From: the human T2T-CHM13v2.0 reference genome, Homo sapiens
Assembly (NCBI RefSeq): GCF_009914755.1
Contig: NC_060925.1
DNA: 64,000 nt
Reading direction: 5' to 3' (one strand)
The position numbers and the translations under genes are program-made. Below the pieces are notes generated by a model. It ran no database searches, had not been told where the DNA came from, and saw nothing but the letters and a program-made list of their open reading frames with translations. This document shows positions 13,861 through 27,700 of the stretch, piece after piece (position 1 is the stretch's first letter; every line of letters starts with the position of its first letter).

Positions 13861-14475
13861 ATGGAATCGTCATCGAATGAATTGAATGCAATCATCGAAT
13901 GGTCTCGAATGTAATCACATTCTAATGGAAAGGAATGGAATCATCGCATAGAATCGAATGGAATTAACATTGAATGGACTCGAATGGAATCAACATCAAA
14001 AGGAATCAAGCGGAATTATCGAATGGAATCGAAGAAAATCATCGAATGGTCTCGAATGGAATCATCTTCTAATGGAAAGGAATGGAATCATCGCATAGAA
14101 TCGAATGGAATTAACATTGAATGGACTCGAATGGAATCAACATCAAATGGAATCAAGCGGAATTATCGAATGAAATCGAAGAGAATCATCGAATGGACTC
14201 GAATGGAATCATCTAATGGAATGGAATGGAATAATCCACGGACTCGAATGCAATCATCATCGTATAGAATCGAATGGAATCATCGAATGGACTCGAATGG
14301 AATAACCATTGAACGGAATCGAATGGAATCATCATCGGATGGAAACGAATGGAATCATCATCGAATGGAAATGAAAGGAGTCATCATCTAATGGAATTGC
14401 ATGGAATCATCATAAAATGGAATCGAATGGAATCAACATCAAATGGAATCAAATGGAATCATTGAACGGAATTGA
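13861..14475 (+). repeat. Module X, copy 2 (replaces subunit A; 1923-bp unit)
   Basis: Same diagnostics as copy 1. Unit length is 1776+147. Confidence 0.88.
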
Positions 14476-15783
14476 ATGGAATCGTCATCGAATGAATTGA
14501 CTGCAATCATCCAATGGTCTCGAATGGAATCATCTTCAAATGGAATGGAATGGAATCATCGCATAGAATCGAATGGAATTATCATCGAATGGAATCGAAT
14601 GGAATCAACATCCAACGGAAAAAAACGGAATTATCGAATGGAATCGAAGAGAATCATCGAATGGACCCGAATGGAATCATCTAATGGAATGGAATGGAAT
14701 AATCCATGGACTCGAATGCAATCATCATCGAATGGAATCGAATGGAATCATCGAATGGACTCGAATGGAATAATCATTGAACGGAATCGAATGGAATCAT
14801 CATCGGATGGAAATGAATGGAATCATCATCGAATGGAATCGAATAGAATTATGGAATGAAATCCAGTGTGATCATCATCGAATGGACCCGAATGGAATCA
14901 TCATCCAACGGAAGCTAATGGAATCAACATCGAATGAATCAAATGGAAACACCATCGAATTGAAACGAATGGAATTATCATGAAATTGAAATGGATGGAC
15001 TCATCATCGAATGGATTCGAATGGAATCATCGAATAAAATTGATTGAAATCATCATCGAATGGAATCGAATGGTATCATTGAATGGAATCGAATGGAATC
15101 ATCATCAGATGGAAATGAATGGAATCGTCATAGAATGGAATCGAATGGATTCATTGAATGGAATCAGATGGAATCATCGAATGGACTGGAATGGAATCAT
15201 TGAATGGACTCGAAAGGGATCATGATTGAATGGAATTGAATGGAATCATCGAATGGTCTCGATTGGAATCATTATCAAATGGAATCGAATGGAATCACCG
15301 AATAGAATCGAATGGAACAATCATCGAATGGACTCAAATGGAATTATCCTCAAATGGAATCGAATGGAATTATCGAATGCAATCGAATGGAATTATCGAA
15401 TACAATCGAATAGAATCATCGAATGGACTCGAATGGAATCATCGAATGGAATGGAATGGAACAGTCAATGAACTCGAATGGAATCATCATTGAATGGAAT
15501 CGAATGGAATCATCGAGTGGAATCGAATGGAATTATGATCAAATGGAATCGAATGTAATCATCATCAAATGGAATCAAAAATAACCATCATCAATTGGTA
15601 TTGAATGGAATTGTCATCAAATGGAATTCAAAGGAATCATCATCAAATGGAACCGAATGGAATCCTCATTGAATGGAAATGAAAGGGGTCATCATCTAAT
15701 GGAATCGCATGGAATCATCATCAAATGGAATCGAATGGAATCATCATCAAATGGAATCTGATGGAATCATTGAACAGAATTGA

Positions 15784-16398
15784 ATGGAATCGTCATCGAA
15801 TGAATTGAATGCAATCATCGAATGGTCTCGAATGTAATCACATTCTAATGGAAAGGAATGGAATCATCGCATAGAATCGAATGGAATTAACATTGAATGG
15901 ACTCGAATGGAATCAACATCAAAAGGAATCAAGCGGAATTATCGAATGGAATCGAAGAAAATCATCGAATGGTCTCGAATGGAATCATCTTCTAATGGAA
16001 AGGAATGGAATCATCGCATAGAATCGAATGGAATTAACATTGAATGGACTCGAATGGAATCAACATCAAATGGAATCAAGCGGAATTATCGAATGAAATC
16101 GAAGAGAATCATCGAATGGACTCGAATGGAATCATCTAATGGAATGGAATGGAATAATCCACGGACTCGAATGCAATCATCATCGTATAGAATCGAATGG
16201 AATCATCGAATGGACTCGAATGGAATAACCATTGAACGGAATCGAATGGAATCATCATCGGATGGAAACGAATGGAATCATCATCGAATGGAAATGTAAG
16301 GAGTCATCATCTAATGGAATTGCATGGAATCATCATAAAATGGAATCGAATGGAATCATCATCAAATGGAATCAAATGGAATCATTGAACGGAATTGA
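15784..16398 (+). repeat. Module X, copy 3
   Basis: Same diagnostics, 4314 bp after copy 1. Confidence 0.9.
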
Positions 16399-18174
16399 AT
16401 GGAATCGTCATCGAATGAATTGAATGCAATCATCGAATGGTCTCGAATGGAATCATCTTCAAATGGAATGGAATGGAATCATCGCATAGAATCGAATGGA
16501 ATTATCATCGAATGGAATCGAAAGGAATCAACATCAAACGGAAAAAAACGGAATTATCGAATGGAATCGAAGAGAATCGTCGAACGGACCCGAATGGAAT
16601 CATCTAATGGAATGGAATGGAATAATCCATGGACTCGAATGCAATCATCATCGAATGGAATCGAATGGAATCATCGAATGGACTCGAATGGAATAATCAT
16701 TGAACGGAATCGAATGGAATCATCATCAGATGGAAACGAATGGAATCATCATCGAATGGAAATGAAAGGAGTCATCATCTAATGGAATTGCATGGAATCA
16801 TCATAAAATGGAATCGAATGGAATCAACATCAAATGGAATCAAATGGAATCATTGAACGGAATTGAATGGAATCGTCATCGAATGAATTGACTGCAATCA
16901 TCGAATGGTCTCGAATGGAATCATCTTCAAATGGAATGGAATGGAATCATCGCATAGAATCGAATGGAATTATCATCGAATGGAATCGAATGGAATCAAC
17001 ATCAAACGGAAAAAAACGGAATTATCGTATGGAATCGAAGAGAATCATCGAATGGACCCGAATGGAATCATCTAATGGAATGGAATGGAATAATCCATGG
17101 ACTCGAATGCAATCATCATCGCATGGAATCGAATGGAATCATCGAATGGACTCGAATGGAATAATCATTGAACGGAATCGAATGGAATCATCATCGGATG
17201 GAAATGAATGGAATCATCATCGAATGGAATCGAATAGAATTATGGAATGAAATCCAGTGTGATCATCATCGAATGGACCCGAATGGAATCATCATCCAAC
17301 GGAAGCTAATGGAATCAACATCGAATGAATCGAATGGAAACACCATCGAATTGAAACGAATGGAATTATCATGAAATTGAAATGGATGGACTCATCATCG
17401 AATGGATTCGAATGGAATCATCGAATAAAATTGATTGAAATCATCATCCAATGGAATCGAATGGTATCATTGAATGGAATCGAATGGAATCATCATCAGA
17501 TGGAAATGAATGGAATCGTCATAGAATGGAATCGAATGGATTCATTGAATGGAATCAGATGGAATCATCGAATGGACTGGAATGGAATCATTGAATGGAC
17601 TCGAAAGGGATCATTATTGAATGGAATTGAATGGAATCATCGAATGGTCTCGATTGGAATCATTATCAAATGGAATCGAATGGAATCACCGAATAGAATG
17701 GAATGGAACAATCATCGAATGGACTCAAATGGAATTATCCTCCAATGGAATCGAATGGAATTATCGAATGCAATCGAATGGAATTATCGAATGCAATCGA
17801 ATAGAATCATCGGATGGACTCGAATGGAATCATCGCATGGAATGGAATGGAACAGTCAATGAACTCGAATGGAATCATCATTGAATGGAATCGAATGGAA
17901 TCATCGAGTGGAATCGAATGGAATTATGATCAAATGGAATCGAATGTAATCATCATCAAATGGAATCAAAAATAACCATCATCAATTGGTATTGAATGGA
18001 ATTGTCATCAAATGGAATTCAAAGGAATCATCATCAAATGGAACCGAATGGAATCCTCATTGAATGGAAATGAAAGGGGTCATCATCTAATGGAATCGCA
18101 TGGAATCATCATCAAATGGAATCGAATGGAATCATCATCAAATGGAATCTGATGGAATCATTGAACAGAATTGA

Positions 18175-18789
18175 ATGGAATCGTCATCGAATGAATTGAA
18201 TGCAATCATCGAATGGTCTCGAATGTAATCACATTCTAATGGAAAGGAATGGAATCATCGCATAGAATCGAATGGAATTAACATTGAATGGACTCGAATG
18301 GAATCAACATCAAAAGGAATCAAGCGGAATTATCGAATGGAATCGAAGAAAATCATCGAATGGTCTCGAATGGAATCATCTTCTAATGGAAAGGAATGGA
18401 ATCATCGCATAGAATCGAATGGAATTAACATTGAATGGACTCGAATGGAATCAACATCAAATGGAATCAAGCGGAATTATCGAATGAAATCGAAGAGAAT
18501 CATCGAATGGACTCGAATGGAATCATCTAATGGAATGGAATGGAATAATCCACGGACTCGAATGCAATCATCATCGTATAGAATCGAATGGAATCATCGA
18601 ATGGACTCGAATGGAATAACCATTGAACGGAATCGAATGGAATCATCATCGGATGGAAACGAATGGAATCATCATCGAATGGAAATGTAAGGAGTCATCA
18701 TCTAATGGAATTGCATGGAATCATCATAAAATGGAATCGAATGGAATCATCATCAAATGGAATCAAATGGAATCATTGAACGGAATTGA
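18175..18789 (+). repeat. Module X, copy 4
   Basis: Same diagnostics, 2391 bp after copy 3. Confidence 0.9.
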
Positions 18790-21700
18790 ATGGAATCGTC
18801 ATCGAATGAATTGAATGCAATCATCGAATGGTCTCGAATGGAATCATCTTCAAATGGAATGGAATGGAATCATCGCATAGAATCGAATGGAATTATCATC
18901 GAATGGAATCGAAAGGAATCAACATCAAACGGAAAAAAACGGAATTATCGAATGGAATCGAAGAGAATCGTCGAACGGACCCGAATGGAATCATCTAATG
19001 GAATGGAATGGAATAATCCATGGACTCGAATGCAATCATCATCGAATGGAATCGAATGGAATCATCGAATGGACTCGAATGGAATAATCATTGAACGGAA
19101 TGGAATGGAATCATCATCAGATGGAAACGAATGGAATCATCATCGAATGGAAATGAAAGGAGTCATCATCTAATGGAATTGCATGGAATCATCATAAAAT
19201 GGAATCGAATGGAATCAACATCAAATGGAATCAAATGGAATCATTGAACGGAATTGAATGGAATCGTCATCGAATGAATTGACTGCAATCATCGAATGGT
19301 CTCGAATGGAATCATCTTCAAATGGAATGGAATGGAATCATCGCATAGAATCGAATGGAATTATCATCGAATGGAATCGAATGGAATCAACATCAAACGG
19401 AAAAAAACGGAATTATCGTATGGAATCGAAGAGAATCATCGAATGGACCCGAATGGAATCATCTAATGGAATGGAATGGAATAATCCATGGACTCGAATG
19501 CAATCATCATCGCATGGAATCGAATGGAATCATCGAATGGACTCGAATGGAATAATCATTGAACGGAATCGAATGGAATCATCATCGGATGGAAATGAAT
19601 GGAATCATCATCGAATGGAATCGAATAGAATTATGGAATTAAATCCAGTGTGATCATCATCGAATGGACCCGAATGGAATCATCATCCAACGGAAGCTAA
19701 TGGAATCAACATCGAATGAATCGAATGGAAACACCATCGAATTGAAACGAATGGAATTATCATGAAATTGAAATGGATGGACTCATCATCGAATGGATTC
19801 GAATGGAATCATCGAATAAAATTGATTGAAATCATCATCCAATGGAATCGAATGGTATCATTGAATGGAATCGAATGGAATCATCATCAGATGGAAATGA
19901 ATGGAATCGTCATAGAATGGAATCGAATGGATTCATTGAATGGAATCAGATGGAATCATCGAATGGACTGGAATGGAATCATTGAATGGACTCGAAAGGG
20001 ATCATTATTGAATGGAATTGAATGGAATCATCGAATGGTCTCGATTGGAATCATTATCAAATGGAATCGAATGGAATCACCGAATAGAATGGAATGGAAC
20101 AATCATCGAATGGACTCAAATGGAATTATCCTCCAATGGAATCGAATGGAATTATCGAATGCAATCGAATGGAATTATCGAATGCAATCGAATAGAATCA
20201 TCGGATGGACTCGAATGGAATCATCGCATGGAATGGAATGGAACAGTCAATGAACTCGAATGGAATCATCATTGAATGGAATCGAATGGAATCATCGAGT
20301 GGAATCGAATGGAATTATGATCAAATGGAATCGAATGTAATCATCATCAAATGGAATCAAAAATAACCATCATCAATTGGTATTGAATGGAATTGTCATC
20401 AAATGGAATTCAAAGGAATCATCATCAAATGGAACCGAATGGAATCCTCATTGAATGGAAATGAAAGGGGTCATCATCTAATGGAATCGCATGGAATCAT
20501 CATCAAATGGAATCGAATGGAATCATCATCAAATGGAATCTAATGGAATCATTGAACAGAATTGAATGGAATCGTCATCGAATGAATTGAATGCAATCAT
20601 CGAATGGTCTCGAATGGAATCATCTTCTAATGGAAAGGAATGGAATCATCGCATAGAATCGAATGAAATTATCATCGAATGGAATCGAATGGTATCAACA
20701 CCAAACGGAAAAAAACGGAATTATCGAATGGAATCGAAGAGAATCTTCGAACGGACCCGAATGGAATCATCTAATGGAATGGAACGGAATAATCCATGGA
20801 CTCGAATGCAATCATCATCGAATGGAATCGAATGGAATCATCGAATGGACTCGAATGGAATAATCATTGAACGGAATCGAATGGAATCATCATCGGATGG
20901 AAACGAATGGAATCATCATCGAATGGAAATGAAAGGAGTCATCATCTAATGGAATTGCATGGAATCATCATAAAATGGAATCGAATGGAATCAACATCAA
21001 ATGGAATCAAATGGAATAATTGAACGGAATTGAATGGAATCGTCATCGAATGAATTGAGTGCAATCATCGAATGATCTAGAATGGAATCATCTTCAAATG
21101 GAATGGAATGGAATCATCGCATAGAATCGAATGGAAGTATCATCGAATGGAATCGAATGGAATCAACATCAAACGGAAAAAAACGGAATTATCGAATGGA
21201 ATCGAAGAGAATCATCGAATGGACCCGAATGGAATCATCTAATGGAATGGAATGGAATAATCCATGGACTCGAATGCAATCATCATCGAATGGAATCGAA
21301 TGGAATCATCGAATGGACTCGAATGGAATAATCATTGAACGGAATCGAGTGGAATCATCATTGGATGGAAATGAATGGAATCATCATCGAATGGAATCGA
21401 ATAGAATTATGGAATGAAATCCAGTGTGATCATCATCGAATGGACCCGAATGGAATCATCATCCAACGGAAGCTAATGGAATCAACATCGAATGAATCAA
21501 ATGGAAACACCATCGAATTGAAACGAATGGAATTATCATGAAATTGAAATGGATGGACTCATCATCGAATGGATTCGAATGGAATCATCGAATAAAATTG
21601 ATTGAAATCATCATCGAATGGAATCGAATGGTATCATTGAATGGAATCGAATGGAATCATCATCAGATGGAAATGAATGGAATCGTCATAGAATGGAATC

Positions 21701-24700
21701 GAATGGATTCATTGAATGGAATCAGATGGAATCATCGAATGGACTGGAATGGAATCATTGAATGGACTCGAAAGGGATCATGATTGAATGGAATTGAATG
21801 GAATCATCGAATGGTCTCGATTGGAATCATTATCAAATGGAATCGAATGGAATCACCGAATAGAATCGAATGGAACAATCATCGAATGGACTCAAATGGA
21901 ATTATCCTCCAATGGAATGGAATGGAATTATCGAATGCAATCGAATGGAATTATCGAATGCAATCGAATAGAATCATCGAATGGACTCGAATGGAATCAT
22001 CGAATGGAATGGAATGGAACAGTCAATGAACTCGAATGGAATCATCATTGAATGGAATCGAATGGAATCATCGAGTGGAATCGAATGGAATTATGATCAA
22101 ATGGAATCGAATGTAATCATCATCAAATGGAATCAAAAATAACCATCATCAATTGGTATTGAATGGAATTGTCATCAAATGGAATTCAAAGGAATCATCA
22201 TCAAATGGAACCGAATGGAATCCTCATTGAATGGAAATGAAAGGGGTCATCATCTAATGGAATCGCATGGAATCATCATCAAATGGAATCGAATGGAATC
22301 ATCATCAAATGGAATCTAATGGAATCATTGAACAGAATTGAATGGAATCGTCATCGAATGAATTGAATGCAATCATCGAATGGTCTCGAATGGATTCATC
22401 TTCTAATGGAAAGGAATGGAATCATCGCATAGAATCGAATGGAATTATCATCGAATGGAATCGAATGGTATCAACACCAAACGAAAAAAAACGGAATTAT
22501 CGAATGGAATCGAAGAGAATCTTCGAACGGACCCGAATGGAATCATCTAATGGAATGGAATGGAATAATCCATGGACTCGAATGCAATCATCATCGAATG
22601 GAATCGAATGGAATCATCGAATGGACTCGAATGGAATAATCATTGAACGGAATCGAATGGAATCATCATCGGATGGAAACGAATGGAATCATCATCGAAT
22701 GGAAATGAAAGGAGTCATCATCTAATGGAATTGCATGGAATCATCATAAAATGGAATCGAATGGAATCAACATCAAATGGAATCAAATGGAATCATTGAA
22801 CGGAATTGAATGGAATCGTCATCGAATGAATTGACTGCAATCATCCAATGGTCTCGAATGGAATCATCTTCAAATGGAATGGAATGGAATCATCGCATAG
22901 AATCGAATGGAATTATCATCGAATGGAATCGAATGGAATCAATATCCAACGGAAAAAAACGGAATTATCGAATGGAATCGAAGAGAATCATCGAATGGAC
23001 CCGAATGGAATCATGTAATGGAATGGAATGGAATAATCCATGGACTCGAATGCAATCATCATCGAATGGAATCGAATGGAATCATCGAATGGACTCGAAT
23101 GGAATAATCATTGAACGGAATCGAATGGAATCATCATCGGATGGAAATGAATGGAATCATCATCGAATGGAATCGAATAGAATTATGGAATGAAATCCAG
23201 TGTGATCATCATCGAATGGACCCGAATGGAATCATCATCCAACGGAAGCTAATGGAATCAACATCGAATGAATCAAATGGAAACACCATCGAATTGAAAC
23301 GAATGGAATTATCATGAAATTGAAATGGATGGACTCATCATCGAATGGATTCGAATGGAATCATCGAATAAAATTGATTGAAATCATCATCGAATGGAAT
23401 CGAATGGTATCATTGAATGGAATCGAATGGAATCATCATCAGATGGAAATGAATGGAATCGTCATAGAATGGAATCGAATGGATTCATTGAATGGAATCA
23501 GATGGAATCATCGAATGGACTGGAATGGAATCATTGAATGGACTCGAAAGGGATCATGATTGAATGGAATTGAATGGAATCATCGAATGGTCTCGATTGG
23601 AATCATTATCAAATGGAATCGAATGGAATCACCGAATAGAATCGAATGGAACAATCATCGAATGGACTCAAATGGAATTATCCTCCAATGGAATCGAATG
23701 GAATTATCGAATGCAATCGAATGGAATTATCGAATGCAATCGAATAGAATCATCGAATGGACTCGAATGGAATCATCGAATGGAATGGAATGGAACAGTC
23801 AATGAACTCGAATGGAATCATCATTGAATGGAATCGAATGGAATCATCGAGTGGAATCGAATGGAATTATGATCAAATGGAATCGAATGTAATCATCATC
23901 AAATGGAATCAAAAATAACCATCATCAATTGGTATTGAATGGAATTGTCATCAAATGGAATTCAAAGGAATCATCATCAAATGGAACCGAATGGAATCCT
24001 CATTGAATGGAAATGAAAGGGGTCATCATCTAATGGAATCGCATGGAATCATCATAAAATGGAATCGAATGGAATCAACATCAAATGGAATCAAATGGAA
24101 TCATTGAACGGAATTGAATGGAATCGTCATCGAATGAATTGGATGCAATCATCGAATGGTCTCGAATGGAATCTTCTTCAAATGGAATGGAATGGAATCA
24201 TCGCATAGAATCGAATGGAATTATCATCGAATGGAATCGAATGGTATCAACACCAAACGGAAAAAAACGGAATTATCGAATGGAATCGAAGAGAATCTTC
24301 GAACGGACCCGAATGGAATCATCTAATGGAATGGAATGGAATAATCCATGGACTCGAATGCAATCATCATCGAATGGAATCGAATGGAATCATCGAATGG
24401 ACTCGAATGGAATAATCATTGAACGGAATCGAATGGAATCATCATCGGATGGAAACGAATGGAATCATCATCGAATGGAAATGAAAGGAGTCATCATCTA
24501 ATGGAATTGCATGGAATCATCATAAAATGGAATCGAATGGAATCAACATCAAATGGAATCAAATGGAATCATTGAACGGAATTGAATGGAATCGTCATCG
24601 AATGAATTGACTGCAATCATCGAATGGTCTCGAATGGAATCATCTTCAAATGGAATGGAATGGAATCATCGCATAGAATCGAATGGAATTATCATCGAAT

Positions 24701-27700
24701 GGAATCGAATGGAATCAACATCCAACGGAAAAAAACGGAATTATCGAATGGAATCGAAGAGAATCATCGAATGGACCCGAATGGAATCATCTAATGGAAT
24801 GGAATGGAATAATCCATGGACTCGAATGCAATCATCATCGAATGGAATCGAATGGAATCATCGAATGGACTCGAATGGAATAATCATTGAACGGAATCGA
24901 ATGGAATCATCATCGGATGGAAATGAATGGAATCATCATCGAATGGAATCGAATAGAATTATGGAATGAAATCCAGTGTGATCATCATCGAATGGACCCG
25001 AATGGAATCATCATCCAACGGAAGCTAATGGAATCAACATCGAATGAATCGAATGGAAACACCATCGAATTGAAACGAATGGAATTATCATGAAATTGAA
25101 ATAGATGGACTCATCATCGAATGGATTCGAATGGAATCATCGAATAAAATTGATTGAAATCATCATCGAATGGAATCGAATGGTATCATTGAATGGAATC
25201 GAATGGAATCATCATCAGATGGAAATGAATGGAATCGTCATAGAATGGAATCGAATGGGTTCATTGAATGGAATCAGATGGAATCATCGAATGGACTGGA
25301 ATGGAATCATTGAATGGACTCGAAAGGGATCATGATTGAATGGAATTGAATGGAATCATCGAATGGTCTCGATTGGAATCATTATCAAATGGAATCGAAT
25401 GGAATCACCGAATAGAATCGAATGGAACAATCATCGAATGGACTCAAATGGAATTATCCTCAAATGGAATCGAATGGAATTATCGAATGCAATCGAATGG
25501 AATTATCGAATGCAATCGAATAGAATCATCGAATGGACTCGAATGGAATCATCGAATGGAATGGAATGGAACAGTCAATGAACACGAATGGAATCATCAT
25601 TGAATGGAATCGAATGGAATCATCGAGTGGAATCGAATTGAATTATGAACAAATGGAATCGAATGTAATCATCATCAAATGGAATCAAAAATAACCATCA
25701 TCAATTGCTATTGAATGGAATTGTCATCAAATGGAATTCAAAGGAATCATCATCAAATGGAACCGAATGGAATCCTCATTGAATGGAAATGAAAGGGGTC
25801 ATCATCTAATGGAATCGCATGGAATCATCATCAAATGGAATCAAATGGAATCATCATCAAATGGAATCTAATGGAATCATTGAACAGAATTGAATGGAAT
25901 CGTCATCAAATGAATTGAATGCAATCATCGAATGGTCTCGAATGGAATCATCTTCTAATGGAAAGGAATGGAATCATCGCATAGAATCGAATGGAATTAT
26001 CATCGAATGGAATCGAATGGTATCAACACCAAACGGAAAAAAACGGAATTATCGAATGGAATCGAAGAGAATCTTCGAACGGACCCGAATGGAATCATCT
26101 AATGGAATGGAATGGAATAATCCATGGACTCGAATGCAATCATCATCGAATGGAATCGAATGGAATCATCGAATGGACTCGAATGGAATAATCATTGAAC
26201 GGAATCGAATGGAATCATCATCGGATGGAAACGAATGGAATCATCATCGAATGGAAATGAAAGGAGTCATCATCTAATGCAATTGCATGGAATCATCATC
26301 AAATGGAATCGAATGGAATCAACATCAAATGGAATCTAATGGAATCATTGAACAGAATTGAATGGAATCGTCATCGAATGAATTGACTGCAATCATCGAA
26401 TTGTCTCGAATGGAATCATCTTCAAATGGAATGGAATGGAATCATCGCATAGAATCGAATGGAATTATCATCGAATGGAATCGAATGGAATCAACATCAA
26501 ACGGAAAAAAACAGAATTATCGAATGGAATCGAAGAGAATCATCGCATGGACCCGAATGGAATCATCTAATGGAATGGAATGGAATAATCCATGGACTCG
26601 AATGCAATCATCATCGAATGGAATCGAATGGAATCATCGAGTGGACTCGAATGGAATAATCATTGAACGGAATCGAATGGAATCATCATCGGATGGAAAT
26701 GAATGGAATCATCATCGAATGGAATCGAATAGAATTATGGAATGAAATCCAGTGTGATCATCATCGAATGGACCCGAATGGAATCATCATCCAACGGAAG
26801 CTAATGGAATCAACATCGAATGAATCAAATGGAAACACCATCGAATTGAAACGAATGGAATTATCATGAAATTGAAATGGATGGACTCATCATCGAATGG
26901 ATTCGAATGGAATCATCGAATAAAATTGATTGAAATCATCATCGAATGGAATCGAATGGTATCATTGAATGGAATCGAATGGAATCATCATCAGATGGAA
27001 ATGAATGGAATCGTCATAGAATGGAATCGAATGGATTCATTGAATGGAATCAGATGGAATCATCGAATGGACTGGAATGGAATCATTGAATGGACTCGAA
27101 AGGGATCATGATTGAATGGAATTGAATGGAATCATCGAATGGTCTCGATTGGAATCATTATCAAATGGAATCGAATGGAATCACCGAATAGAATCGAATG
27201 GAACAATCATCGAATGGACTCAAATGGAATTATCCTCAAATGGAATCGAATGGAATTATCGAATGCAATCGAATGGAATTATCGAATGCAATCGAATAGA
27301 ATCATCGAATGGACTCGAATGGAATCATCGAATGGAATGGAATGGAACAGTCAATGAACTTGAATGGAATCATCATTGAATGGAATCGAATGGAATCATC
27401 GAGTGGAATCGAATGGAATTATGATCAAATGGAATCGAATGTAATCATCATCAAATGGAATCAAAAATAACCATCATCAATTGGTATTGAATGGAATTGT
27501 CATCAAATGGAATTCAAAGGAATCATCATCAAATGGAACCGAATGGAATCCTCATTGAATGGAAATGAAAGGGGTCATCATCTTATGGAATCGCATGGAA
27601 TCATCATCAAATGGAATCGAATGGAATCATCATCAAATGGAATCTAATGGAATCATTGAACAGAATTGAATGGAATCGTCATCGAATGAATTGAATGCAA

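Larger units (their letters stand above)
10060..18680 (+). repeat. 4314-bp tandem duplication (2391-bp plus 1923-bp units)
   Basis: Offsets 10162/14476, 10666/14980, 11593/15907 and 13057/17371 are all 4314. The private variant atacaatc occurs at ~11087 and ~15401. Confidence 0.85.
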
